Assembly (NCBI GenBank): GCA_965644295.1
Contig: CBFFRP010000321.1
Coordinates: 1-24,807 of the forward strand
Source: Paraphysomonas bandaiensis
Taxonomy: Eukaryota; Protista; Chrysophyceae
DNA length: 24,807 nt
Direction: 5' to 3'
Every line of letters starts with the position of its first letter. Within the stretch, counting starts at the first letter, position 1. Under the pieces are notes generated by a model. The model had not been told where the DNA came from, did not search any database, and saw only the letters and a program-made list of their open reading frames with translations. Shown here in pieces: positions 1 to 10,173 of the stretch. A program made the translations under genes and the position numbers.

Positions 1-480
1 TGTGAACATAAGAAACTATATTATAATCAAGAAGAGTTTATGAAACTTGATGATGAAGATGTTTCAGACACAACAGATAAACACGAAACAAAATATAAGA
101 TATTGAAAGAGAAGATGAGTATAGACAGTGATGATAATATAAAGATAAACTTCACATTGATTGACAAAGAAGAACCCTATAAATACAACATAGCAAGAAT
201 GAAGCCTTTTTTAATGTCATATTGTCGTTGTTTTGTAGCTGAAATGATAGATAGAGAAGGCATATTAAATGATATAATAAGAATTCATACTGACGGTATA
301 GTATTAAACAGAAAACACGAATTTAAAGACGAATACAAACCATTGAAAGAATCAAAGACAACAGGCAATATATTATGGAAAAATACAAATACTTATTTCC
401 ATAAGTGTAAAAAGTGTAAGCGCTTGTATTCACACAGAACAAATAAATTGATGGGTAAAGATGAAATGCATGAATGTTAA
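1..480 (+). CDS. Protein-primed family B DNA polymerase, C-terminal part (5'-partial)
   Basis: Frame is open from base 1. Contains ARMKPFLMSYCR and the PolB motif C variant IIRIHTDGIV (cf. YxDTD). Ends in a CxxC-containing tail and lies next to an rve integrase, as in mavirus/Polintons. Confidence 0.75.
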   Translation, partial: CEHKKLYYNQEEFMKLDDEDVSDTTDKHETKYKILKEKMSIDSDDNIKINFTLIDKEEPYKYNIARMKPFLMSYCRCFVAEMIDREGILNDIIRIHTDGIVLNRKHEFKDEYKPLKESKTTGNILWKNTNTYFHKCKKCKRLYSHRTNKLMGKDEMHEC

Positions 481-1493
481 TTATTTTGGTTGTAATCATT
501 AATCATATCTTGAAATCCATCTTCAATTAAGTTTTTCTCAGGTTCCCATGTGCTCTCATTTTTTCTGTAGTTCTTCCACCATATCAAATATTCAACTTTT
601 TTCTTTTTTGTTCTCTTTCCAATAATTTTATATACTTCATATTTTGTTTCGTCTTCATCTTTAGCTTTCATGAGTTCATATTCAGAGTAAGATGCATTAG
701 GTAATCCTTCTAATATATATCTGTAATAAGGTTTATCAGTGAAAGAAACAACTCTTATAATCTTCTTTGGTATTTGTGAATATCTATAATCACCAACACG
801 AAAATTTTTCGTATTTTGTTTATGTCCTAAAGCATTTTCAGGAATGTCAAGCTTCTCATAAACAACATCACCCACATTATATTTTGCTTTAATAGAATAG
901 TTAATGAATCCAGGTTCATTAACTGTTAAATTTTCTCTGAATTCATTTAAATCTTTTCTAACTATTGGTATTATATCAGTCCATTCGCGAAATACTTTCT
1001 TTGTTTCTTTCTCTTTTTTATTCATATAACCATTAAAAAGTCTTGCTAATTGCTTATTTAGGGCTTCAACATTAGCCATTTGTTTATGTCTATTGGGTAA
1101 AGCGACTTTATGTAAAATTGAATTATCATGTAAGTATTTGAAAAAGACACCTTTAAATTCATTTCCGTCATCAGTTCTTATAGAAGCATAAGGTTTATCA
1201 ATATATGGTCGTTTAAAGCATTCTTTCATAGCATTTAAGACAGTTTGAGAATCTTTATTCTTAATTGGTTCAATGTCAAATCGTCTACTGAATAAATCAC
1301 ATATAACGAAACAGTATCTATATCCTTTTGAAGTTGTAGGAAGTTCCAATAAATCAGCCATCATATTATAATTAGCTTTTTGAACTGTATTCTTTCTAAT
1401 GCTATTAAATTTCTTTTGTTTCTTTCCTTCTTTTGTAAATGTTTCATCAATATCAAGTTTCTTTATTATGTCGTTGAATGATTTCTTATTCAT
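477..1493 (-). CDS. Retroviral-type (rve) DDE integrase with C-terminal chromodomain
   Basis: MMADLLEL (D1), IRTDDGNEF (D2) and ANVEALNK (E, ~34 aa after D2). C-terminal YEVYKIIGKR...EYLIWWKNY...STWEPEKNL is a typical chromodomain. Confidence 0.93.
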   Translation of the reverse strand: MNKKSFNDIIKKLDIDETFTKEGKKQKKFNSIRKNTVQKANYNMMADLLELPTTSKGYRYCFVICDLFSRRFDIEPIKNKDSQTVLNAMKECFKRPYIDKPYASIRTDDGNEFKGVFFKYLHDNSILHKVALPNRHKQMANVEALNKQLARLFNGYMNKKEKETKKVFREWTDIIPIVRKDLNEFRENLTVNEPGFINYSIKAKYNVGDVVYEKLDIPENALGHKQNTKNFRVGDYRYSQIPKKIIRVVSFTDKPYYRYILEGLPNASYSEYELMKAKDEDETKYEVYKIIGKRTKKKKVEYLIWWKNYRKNESTWEPEKNLIEDGFQDMINDYNQNN

Positions 1494-1592
1494 ATATATT
1501 ATGTGTATATATAAAATATAAAATATCTATTTGCTTAATTTTATATAAAGTCATTTAAAAAAATAAAAATATATAGTATTATTATAACATAC

Positions 1593-1817
1593 ATGAATAA
1601 GTCAGAAAAGAATATTGCTTATCAAAAGGAATACTACAAGAAGAATAAAGACAAACTAATAGCTTACAACTGTGAAAAGGTCAAATGTGAGTTATGCGAA
1701 AGACAAGTTTGTAAAAACAGGATTAAATTGCACTATAAGACAGCATTATGTAAAAGAACACAAGAAGAGAAAAAGATGTTAGAAGAAAGAAAAGAAAACA
1801 CATTAAAGTCATTATAA
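1593..1817 (+). CDS. Small basic zinc-finger-like viral protein
   Basis: ATG after an AT-rich intergenic region; YQKEYYKKNKDK helix followed by CELC...H....C. Confidence 0.6.
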   Translation: MNKSEKNIAYQKEYYKKNKDKLIAYNCEKVKCELCERQVCKNRIKLHYKTALCKRTQEEKKMLEERKENTLKSL

Positions 1818-1947
1818 TATTATTATGTTAATTACCTGTAAACAACTCAGAATAGACATTGCTTCTTTCACAGGTTGGATATTAGGTAAATTACTTGGTT
1901 GCTCTGTTATGTGCATTTTATCTTACTTATCCTAATTATTTTTATTT

Positions 1948-2298
1948 TTAGGATTTATTTTTAGGAGGTCTACCTCTTCCTCTTTTTGGTGGTGGTGGAG
2001 GTGGTGGTAAAAGTGGAGTTTTCGGGGATTTTGATTTTTCACTCTGTGGAGATTGTGTAATGTTTGAATCATCAAATTCCTCTATTGCTTTATGACTTTT
2101 TGGTTCTCTTTTTGTTTCTGTATTTTCTACCACTTTCTTTTTTGTTTGAAATGCTGGTAATTCTTGATATTCCTCCTCGGTTATTGGAGCAGTACGTCTT
2201 GTTCGTTGTACCTTTGGTACTGTTCTTAATCCCTTCGGTGCTTGATAATCTTCATCAGGTAATGATTCACTGCTATCTGTTGATAATGTATCAATCAA
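1948..2298 (-). CDS. Low-complexity protein ending in polyproline plus AT-hook; probably the frameshifted C-terminus of ORF 2309-3022
   Basis: C-terminus PPPPPPPKRGRGRPPK (AT-hook core GRP). No ATG start, and the frame stays open upstream across the stop of 2309-3022. Confidence 0.55.
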   Translation of the reverse strand: MIDTLSTDSSESLPDEDYQAPKGLRTVPKVQRTRRTAPITEEEYQELPAFQTKKKVVENTETKREPKSHKAIEEFDDSNITQSPQSEKSKSPKTPLLPPPPPPPKRGRGRPPKNKS

Positions 2299-2308
2299 CT
2301 CGCTGTGG

Positions 2309-3022
2309 CTATTCTTTGCTTTGAGGAGTTTGTGGAGCTGCCGCTGTTAACGTAGAGTGTACATTTGATTGTTCTTCATTCATCTGCATGAACCGCTCAC
2401 TTTCAGGTGTAAATGGTAATTCTCCTCCACCCATCTGCATAAAACGTTCGCTTTCTGGTGTGTATGGTGTTTTTAGACCTTCTTCTTGTGGTTTAATTGG
2501 TGATGGCTCTGTGAACGTAACATGTGGTTCAGAGATATCAAATGCTTTTCGTCGTTTTGGTTTTGGTTTTGTTTCAGTCTGAACTAATCCTGTTACTAGA
2601 TTTCCAGCTGTACTCATTCGTGATTTCACTTTATTTTGATCAATCGCATTTGCGACGTGGTAAGCAATAGCTTCGTTTCTCTCGTTCCAATCTCTCTTTG
2701 TTGGATTTGGTGTTTCCGATTGTGTGGAAGGCTTTGAGTTTTGCAAAAGTTCTAACTTTGCTTGAAGCAGTCCATCATTTAACTTTTGTGTTTCTGCTTT
2801 GTTTCCTAATCCAAACAAGGGGTTTGTCGAAACATTACCCTGAAGTGGTTTGTTTGATTTCTCTTGAGGAATAAATAATCCTCTATCATCCTTTTTCTTT
2901 CTCCTGGCAGCTTTCTTTTTCCGTCGTGCTCGTAGTTTATTTTGTATACGCTTTTTATCAATTCCGTATAATTTCACCAAATCATCGAGGTCTAAATATA
3001 TTTTATTTTTTGTTTTTCCCAT
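2309..3022 (-). CDS. Hypothetical basic viral protein
   Basis: 237 aa ATG ORF with a K/R-rich NLS-like N-terminus and an internal duplicated motif P(Y/F)TPESERFMQM. Confidence 0.6.
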   Translation of the reverse strand: MGKTKNKIYLDLDDLVKLYGIDKKRIQNKLRARRKKKAARRKKKDDRGLFIPQEKSNKPLQGNVSTNPLFGLGNKAETQKLNDGLLQAKLELLQNSKPSTQSETPNPTKRDWNERNEAIAYHVANAIDQNKVKSRMSTAGNLVTGLVQTETKPKPKRRKAFDISEPHVTFTEPSPIKPQEEGLKTPYTPESERFMQMGGGELPFTPESERFMQMNEEQSNVHSTLTAAAPQTPQSKE

Positions 3023-3033
3023 TCTTTATTTTA

Positions 3034-3552
3034 CTAACGAAAGAAATTATCGTATGTTTGAAATCGCTCTTTTCGAACTCTTGCTCTGTTATTTGATTGT
3101 CGCTTAGGTCCTCGTTTATAGTGTTGGTATTCTTCGTCATCGTAATCATCTGCGTCATCTGATTCCTCATCAGTTTCACTGGATTCACTTTCCGATTCTT
3201 CCACAACAATCCGTGTTTTTGGTCTTCGTTTCTTTTTCCTGACAACTATATATTGTTCATCGGGGGTTTCTTCCTCGTCCGATGGAATTAACTTTGTAGT
3301 CACCATAGGTGTTTTAACCTTTTTCTTTTTTAGTTGTTGATTTTCTTGTTGAACCAAGAGTTTTGAAGCCTCTATCATCTTTTCTTTTTTCTTTGCCTCA
3401 ATAGATGCTATTCTCTTCTCACGAACTTTTTGAAATGCTTTCATCTGTGCTTCACTTCGGGGTTTTTTAGGTTTAGTGAGAGGAGTTTGAATTTCCGGGG
3501 TATTTTCTTCGATGGGAGCTTCGATTTGTTCGTTATCGTAAGTATCGGACAT
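3034..3552 (-). CDS. Hypothetical basic/acidic viral protein
   Basis: ATG at 3552; KPKKPRSEAQMKAFQKVREKR basic helix and an acidic tract; collinear with neighbouring ORFs. Confidence 0.65.
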   Translation of the reverse strand: MSDTYDNEQIEAPIEENTPEIQTPLTKPKKPRSEAQMKAFQKVREKRIASIEAKKKEKMIEASKLLVQQENQQLKKKKVKTPMVTTKLIPSDEEETPDEQYIVVRKKKRRPKTRIVVEESESESSETDEESDDADDYDDEEYQHYKRGPKRQSNNRARVRKERFQTYDNFFR

Positions 3553-3628
3553 GTCTTTTAATAATACCAAGAAAATAATTTGGTTGGAAATTTAATAATC
3601 TAAAATTTTTATGTTGATTATAATAAAC

Positions 3629-4161
3629 ATGCATCGTCAACCACCCGCACCACCAAAAGAATCAAAACCTGAAGTATACAATGAAATGAAAACACCGAGT
3701 ATTATTTCAACCAGCGAAAACCCTTTTAAGTATCAACCTGTACCTGAAGTGAGTCTTTACGGTGCTAAACTTAAAGCTGACCATTTGTCCAAGAAAAACA
3801 TACTGTTTACTAATGAAGCTAACCAATTTGTAAATGCTGTTCAGGATGCCCTTTCCAAATTTGATAAAACTCGAATAGGTATAGCGAGGATATTTTGCTC
3901 TTTTGTATGTCTGCATGTGAAAATGCAATCCTCGGTAAAAAACAGGGTGAATTAAAATTACAAATGGTAAAAGCTTGTGTGAAACCATTCTTCAATAATG
4001 ATGAATTATTAATTGAGATATGGGTCTCGCTTCTTATGCCAAAAATTCTTAATTATAAATTCTGGAATCGCAACTTACGTAAGCTCGCTAGATTTTTTTT
4101 AAACTGTGTTTCGATGAAGCAACAAGCACCATCACCCGACACGCAATCAAAGTTTCTGTAA
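3629..4161 (+). CDS. Hypothetical viral protein split by a 1-nt frameshift near 3880
   Basis: ORFs 3611-3955 and 3895-4161 join into ...KTRIG-YSEDILLFCMSACENAILGKKQGELK... if one T is added at ggt/atagc (~3880). Confidence 0.5.
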
Positions 4162-4199
4162 AATATCTTCTCCCACTTTTAATAGCAATTGTTTAGCAT

Positions 4200-4280
4200 G
4201 GGATTCTGTGTCACCCACACAAATTATGGTAGGGGATTCTGTGTCACCCACACAAACTATGGTAGGGGATTCTGTGACAC
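4200..4280 (+). repeat. 33-bp tandem repeat, ~2.4 copies, in the viral terminal region
   Basis: GGATTCTGTG starts at 4201, 4234 and 4267 (period 33). Confidence 0.9.
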
Positions 4281-4481
4281 TCGTACGTCACGCGGATTCA
4301 CACCCACGGATTATTCAATGTCGGTTAATTTCACAAGTGAGGGACCTTAGAAATCGACTTCGAAAAACGCTTTGCAGTTGTTGACACTTGCCAAAACCTT
4401 TGACTGAACCACCCTTCTTTCGGTATGTGCTCCCACCAATTTTCAGTAAGTGCTATCGCCTATAAATTGATGGAAGGGGTC

Positions 4482-4544
4482 TATATTGATATACGGGGAA
4501 CTATGTGACACTAAAGTGTCACAGAGTCCCCGTATATCAATATA
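4482..4544. repeat. Near-perfect ~30-bp-arm palindrome (hairpin/cruciform)
   Basis: TATATTGATATACGGGGAACTATGTGACAC-TAAA-GTGTCACAGAGTCCCCGTATATCAATATA; one mismatch and one bulge. Confidence 0.9.
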
Positions 4545-4742
4545 TAAAGTATAGTATTATTAATATAATTATATAAGCTATAATAATTATATTTAAAGAT
4601 AGAGTGGAAAGGAAGAAAGATAGAGTGAAAAGGAAAGAGTAATAAAACGAAGTTTTATTACGATACGAGAGCCCTTCTGGCTCAGGAAGAATGCCTAAGC
4701 GGCTTAGAGCGACCCCTCGGCCCTTCGTCCTTTCTGTGTGTT

Positions 4743-7408
4743 TTGTATACCGATATATTCAGTGTGAGAAAACAACCGTTCCTGATAACACTGTCCGAGC
4801 CACTGGGGTTGACTCTTGTATCTCCGGTAGCTAGTGAGAAGACTGATGATCTAGGTCTAGCTTTTCAGGAGCAAGTATCTCTACTAAGAAGTCATGGTTT
4901 CGCACCAACTGTAGCCTATCTGGATCCGCAGCCTGGTTTCCAACCCCTCAGAGGACAGATTACAGGGGTGGAAGTGGATGTGTGTGGAGCAGGGGATCAC
5001 ATGGACAAGGTAGATCTCAAGATCCGGAGACTGAAAGAGACTATTAGATCTGTGCAGGCAGGATTACCCTGGTCACTGCCTGATAACATGGTCAGAGATC
5101 TGGTGAAGTACTCAAACAGTCGCCTAAATATCAGAAGGCCGTCTACAGGCACATCCATAGTAGCGCCACGAGTAGCGTTCACTGGGAGAAAGCCTAACTA
5201 CCGAAAGGAACTAGAGCTAGCATTTGGTGACTACGTGGAGTGCTACAACCCAAAGGTGCGAAGCAACGATGCCGAGCAAAGTCGCACTGAGCCGTGTATT
5301 GCATTGTACCCTACTGGAAATGCCAACGGTAGCTGGCTTTTCATGAATGCGAAGACAAACAAGCGAGTGAGAAGGACACACTGGGTGAAAATGAAGACAA
5401 CACAGCTCATAATTGATGCGATGAATCAGATGGCGAAGTTGGGTGATATGACTAGGAAGAGTCAGATTCCGAACCCACTCCTACAGTCGATAGAAGCAGA
5501 AGAGCAGCAGAAAGGCGAAGACATGAAGGAGAGTACGCCAGAGGACGTTAAACAGACTCCAGTTGCAGAAACAATAGTGGAAGATGTATCTACTACTGTG
5601 GTTGATGTAGAGCATAGCGGAGACCCACTAGGAGATGACGGTGATAATGAAGGTGAAGTGCCAGAACTTGTTGATGAGGAGCTGGATGACGATGTTCCAA
5701 CTATAAAGTCCGGCAGCAGCATTACAAGCAGTGACGAGACAGGCGTTGAGAACGACAGGTCGCCGGATGCGAAGTCGAAACCAGTAGAGTACAGGGCCTT
5801 TCACACGAGTGCGATGAAGGGACTGCGTGAGTATGGTCCACCGGCATATAACGCTATCATATCGGAGCTGAAACAACTTTTGCATGACAAGAAGGCTATG
5901 CGTCCAGTACACCGCAAAGACTTATCGGCAACACAGTTGAAGAGAGCTATTCGATCTCTGATGTTTCTCAAGACTAAGTATGATGGATTAGGGCGCTTCG
6001 AAAAGATAAAAGCAAGACTGGTAGCTAATGGCGCACAACAAGATAGGAAGGTGTACGTAGACACATCGTCACCAACAGCAGCGATGCAATCGATTATGAT
6101 GTGTCTGGCGATAGCTGCTAAAGAGGGACGTCACATAGGTACCATGGATATAGGAGGCGCTTACCTGAGATGTCTGGCGAAGAAGTCATAATGGAATTAG
6201 AGCCAATGTTAACGACGATATTGAAGAAAGTGGCTCCTGAAGTATCACCGTATGTTGATGAGACTGGTAAACTACTAGTGCGGCTGGACAAGGCGCTATA
6301 CGGGTGCATCCAGAGTGCGAAACTCTGGTACGACACGCTTACAGGATATTTGAGAAGTTTGGGATTCGAGCACAACGCGGTCGACCCATGTGTAATGAAC
6401 AAAGTAGCTGGCGGGCGAAAGTGTACAGTGGTGATATTAGTGGATGACATACTGGTCATGTCAAGCCATAAGGGCGACTACCTAGAGTTGCTTAAGAAAC
6501 TGAAAGAGAAGTTTGGGGATGTAAAGCACGACGATGGGAAAGATCTGTCATATCTCGGAATGCACGTTAGAGCAGAGGGAGAAAAGGTGACAGTGTCCAT
6601 GAGATCGTACATCGAGAATTTTCTACGAGAACACGGAGTGACAGGAACTGCTACATCACCTGCTACAGCTACTCTATTTAAGAACACCATGGACAAACCC
6701 ACTAGTAAGAGTGATAGAAGGAAGTTTCACAAGATGGTGGCTCAGTTGCTGTACCTGGCCAAAAGGGTTAGACCAGACATACTACTTGCAGTCGCTTACC
6801 TTAGCACGAGAGTCAAGAATCCGACGCATGCTGACATGGAGAAACTTAGCAGGGTGACCCGCTATCTGAACGCAACTAAGGGGCAGGACTTATTGCTGTG
6901 CATTGGAAAGAATCTTACCGTTACTGGATACGTCGATGCAGCGTTTGGGACTCATGACGATGGAAAGGGTCATTCGGGCCTGGTCGTAAAGGTGGGGAAT
7001 GCAACAGTACTCTGCAAGTCGTCGAAACAGCGCATTGTGACACGTGACTCGACGGAATCAGAGTTGGTAGGTCTATCAGATATGTTAATGATGATTGTGC
7101 AATGTGCAGAATTCATAAAGGAACAAGGATACAGTATTGACGCACCTCGAGTGTTGCAAGACAATACCTCGACTCTATCTCTTGTAACGAAAGGCGGAGG
7201 CAAATATCGTACAAAATACCTGCGTGTGAGGCGTGAATTCATCAAGGAAAGGGCAGATGAAGGAAGCATTCAATTGGAGTACTTACCCACAAAGATGATG
7301 CTGGCTGATGCATTGACGAAGCCCCTCCAAGGTACTCTGTACAAGTTTATGACATGTGGTATCGTGGGAAACAATACACATGCCACAGGGGTGCGTAGAG
7401 CTAAATGA
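4743..7408 (+). pseudogene. pol: Copia pol (integrase, RT, RNase H), 5'-interrupted, with a frameshift at ~6165
   Basis: YTDIF, FGDYVE, KARLVANG, DIGGAYL|, LDKALYGCIQSAKLW, ILVDDIL, SYLGM, GYVDAAF, STESELVG, LQDNTS, LADALTKPL. The expected 'NA' of GAYLNAEM is missing at the frame change (small deletion). Confidence 0.92.
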
Positions 7409-7751
7409 TGATTCGGTATAGAAGTCTTCGAGTGATGGAAATGAAAGTCAACGTGCACATTCGTTTTTGTCACAGTGATTATGTTTTCAGTTATTGTACA
7501 TGTGTGACTCTGTAGGATACGAGTGAGAGTGTACAGTAGAACATGATCAGCTGTAGTATTATTGTGTTGTGGGGAGACACCATAATTTCCTATCACTAAC
7601 GATTTCTGTAGTATTTGCAAAGAGACTTGTCTTTTGCCTACCTGTAGTGTAGTTTGAACGGAGGACAACGGGCGAACTGGATCCGTGAGTGTTTGATTGA
7701 TCTGTAGTATCAGTGCTGTATTTTCGATCCAAGTACGTATTTCTCTACGCA
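7392..7751 (+). repeat. 3' LTR of the Copia element (~360 bp)
   Basis: Starts TGCGTAGAG right after the purine tract and ends CTCTACGCA (perfect 9-bp inverted termini). Ends could be 2 nt further inside (see findings). Confidence 0.75.
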
Positions 7752-9522
7752 CCCTCAGAGGAGTTTTTCTGACCCTTGTCCAATGTCGTCAAAATGTTTT
7801 TTTTTGGTGGGACCATCAAAGTTCAGAAAAGTGGCTGACTGGACCGCTTTGTCAAAAAACTCCTTCATGGGATACGGCGGTATGGATATGCGATATCTAG
7901 TGGCGGAAAAGAAAACTGTAGGCAGTTTTTTTGAGTCATTTGCCCATTCCAGACACCGTATTCCACACAGTTTCATAGTTTAGGGTCCCCTCCATATGTC
8001 AATCATATGCTCCAACATTGAGACATACCACATAAACACACTGGGTTACCAATAGAACATGCTATTCTGGAGGTGTGGAGTCCAACTTCCGCAAGTTTTG
8101 GTGGAAATTTGATTGTAAGATTGCAATTGTTATCCTGCATCAAAATTCACAGTTTATGGAGAGCTCCTGAACTCACTGTGAGGTATATAGCAGAGACCAG
8201 TTGCTGATAACAATGTTGTGATTGCAAAGATGAGATCATGAGTTCTTATTCTGGATTCATTGATAAACGGTCAAGAAATATGCACAGGTCACTGTAGGAG
8301 ACCTCTCCCTAATTGCGCCTTCCTTGTTGCACTTAATGATCCTACATGTCCCCAAATTCAAAGAATCGTATTATTCTTAATATTTGAGTGATATGAAATC
8401 ATGATATTGACATTCATCTCTTATTTTGTTGGAATTATGTTCATTCATTGACTGAGCTCTATATGCGGTATTGACACCATGGTCCCAAACCCCTTCCAAC
8501 CACGGGTGTAGTAGTCCTATTTTGCAGTGAATTTAACCTCAATGACTGTTTATGATACTGTTATAATGGTTTGATTCATGTAAGTATGCTTTGATGAAAT
8601 ATTAAGGCCATATTGGATGAGTTGCTACTTTGCAAAGCAATATAGTACGCACTTATGTCACTTGTGACGAAATGTCGTATGATATGATATCAACCCTACC
8701 CAATCAAATTGGATGTTTATAGTGAGTTATTATAAATAATTTAACTTCATTTTCTTGTTCAGATTAATATGTCTTTCACTGTTGGTCTGGAAATACGATT
8801 ATATGTAGATAAATTATGCGAGTTTATAGAGATATTTATGCGAGTTGTGACCGTATAAAACTGACAGACAACATTTATAGCGATATGTAGAATGCGTAAC
8901 CCCTTTACTATTCATCCTTAGATAGTGTGCCTTCATTATCTGTGCAACAAGCTTCTGCAATTTACGATTCCAATGACTTCTACTTCTACTACACTGTTAC
9001 ATATCATCTCTGATAACCTCACCCACAACCTATATATATTGTTCTTATCCTGACCGTTTAGTTGATATTTGTGGTTTAAAAATAGCCTTCTTGTTCTAAC
9101 CATTATACTCTATACGACACCGACTTAACTAGTCAATTGTATCTCATGATTAATGTTGTTCACATGTGACGTATTTCCATAATAGCTGGTATTTAAAATT
9201 GAAAGTGACACTCTTGTGACGTTATTGTATCTGCTAGCGTTATTTGATAGTACTCCCTTATTTAGTAGGAATCTATTATTTAACCTAGTCAAATTGGTTG
9301 AATTACCTTCTCACACCAAAATTGGTAAAAAAACCTAGTCATTTAATAATTCGTATTTTCAGTTTACAATGACTAGGTGGACAAAAGTACCTAGTCAAAA
9401 ATAAAAAATTTCACTCAAACATGGGAGCATACTCAAGCCATCAATTACTGAAAATACAACCATTGTACACATGCAATACAACACATTTAATCTTCGCAAT
9501 CAAACGAGAATTGGGCAGTTTC
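7750..9522 (+). repeat. Repeat R copy 1 (~1.77 kb)
   Basis: Aligns end to end with 16738-18526, from CACCCTCAGAGG to GAATTGGGCAGTTTC. Confidence 0.95.
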
Positions 9523-9690
9523 CCAATATATATTGCGATCCGATATCACTTTATTCGAGAACACATATTACCGAAAACCTAATAACTGTTGATCACATAT
9601 CGACCATGTTAATGTTAGCCGCTCTACTCACAAAACCACTAGGACGTTTTATCTTCTTTAAATATATATTGAAAGTCTTATTATTAGCAA
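9480..9690 (+). pseudogene. Decayed RNase H C-terminus of a second Copia element
   Basis: Two frames give YIAIRYHFIREH / ITENLITVDHISTMLMLAALLTKPLG, matching the Copia KHIxxRYHFIRE...ADxLTKPL tail. Confidence 0.75.
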
Positions 9691-9829
9691 TAGACGTTAA
9701 GAATCAGCACCAGATTAGTAGCTAGATGAAAACTAGTCAAGCTAGATAGTAGACGTCTACCTGTCACTAACTGGTACAAACTCTATTATCCTACTATTTA
9801 ACGCTACGAACTACATTGGTGGAAGGAAC

Positions 9830-10168
9830 TGAGTTTGACACCCCATCCAGCAATAATAGAAAGCGATCAACAACCTCAGAGTTGACTATAGCTCTTAATT
9901 TTTACTAATTTATTGATTGTTAAGAAAGTACTAGGATTCAATCTAATATAAGGTAGAAGTCGAGGTAATACCAAAACCTGGTAAAGCGATTTCACCAGGT
10001 TTCATATCTAAGTATTGAGTTATTATTTTACTGTAATTTGTATCTGAGAGGTTAAAGATAAAGAAAAAGTTGCAATTATAGTTGTTATTAGCAATATTTA
10101 TTGCGTGGAAGTATAAACTAGTACCCCAACCCTAACCCTAGTTCAAACCAATTGCATAGTACAGCTCA
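9830..10168 (+). repeat. Putative 3' LTR of the second Copia remnant
   Basis: Follows the purine tract GGTGGAAGGAAC; TGAG...CTCA inverted termini; internal TATAA (~9947); downstream of the RNase H remnant. Confidence 0.5.
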
Positions 10169-10173
10169 AGTAG

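Larger units (their letters stand above)
1..4740. mobile_element. Right end of an endogenous Polinton-like virus / mavirus-like virophage (left part outside window)
   Basis: Visibly AT-rich, intronless, gene-dense block with pPolB and rve-chromodomain integrase, followed by a ~550 bp non-coding terminus with tandem and inverted repeats. Composition switches abruptly to Copia coding sequence at ~4740. Exact end uncertain (~4735-4742); no capsid or ATPase gene in window. Confidence 0.8.
4743..7751 (+). mobile_element. Ty1/Copia LTR retrotransposon, 3' half
   Basis: Domain order integrase-RT-RNase H, purine tract ACAGGGG at ~7385-7391, then an LTR with terminal inverted repeats. Confidence 0.93.

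Noticed and set aside
1494-1592. TCTA as a mavirus/CroV-type late promoter
   Set aside because: Single occurrence ~65 bp from the ATG, not seen at a consistent position before other genes.
4200-4280. 33-bp repeats as a CRISPR array
   Set aside because: Head-to-tail with no unique spacers, no cas genes, eukaryotic context.
4997-7752. Antisense ORFs over Copia pol and shadow ORFs over the PARP gene and gag
   Set aside because: They overlap well-supported genes on the opposite strand or in another frame and carry no motifs.
7697-7983. Short ORFs at the left end of R (also 16604-16971 and 21337-21654)
   Set aside because: No recognisable motifs; they recur only because the DNA is repeated.
9974-10012. 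Hairpin followed by CTAAG as a Helitron 3' end
   Set aside because: Imperfect CTRR|T context, no identifiable 5' TC end, and it lies within a putative LTR.
10126-10141. AACCCTAACCCTA telomere-like sequence
   Set aside because: Only about two units; not enough to call a telomere or telomere-addition site.
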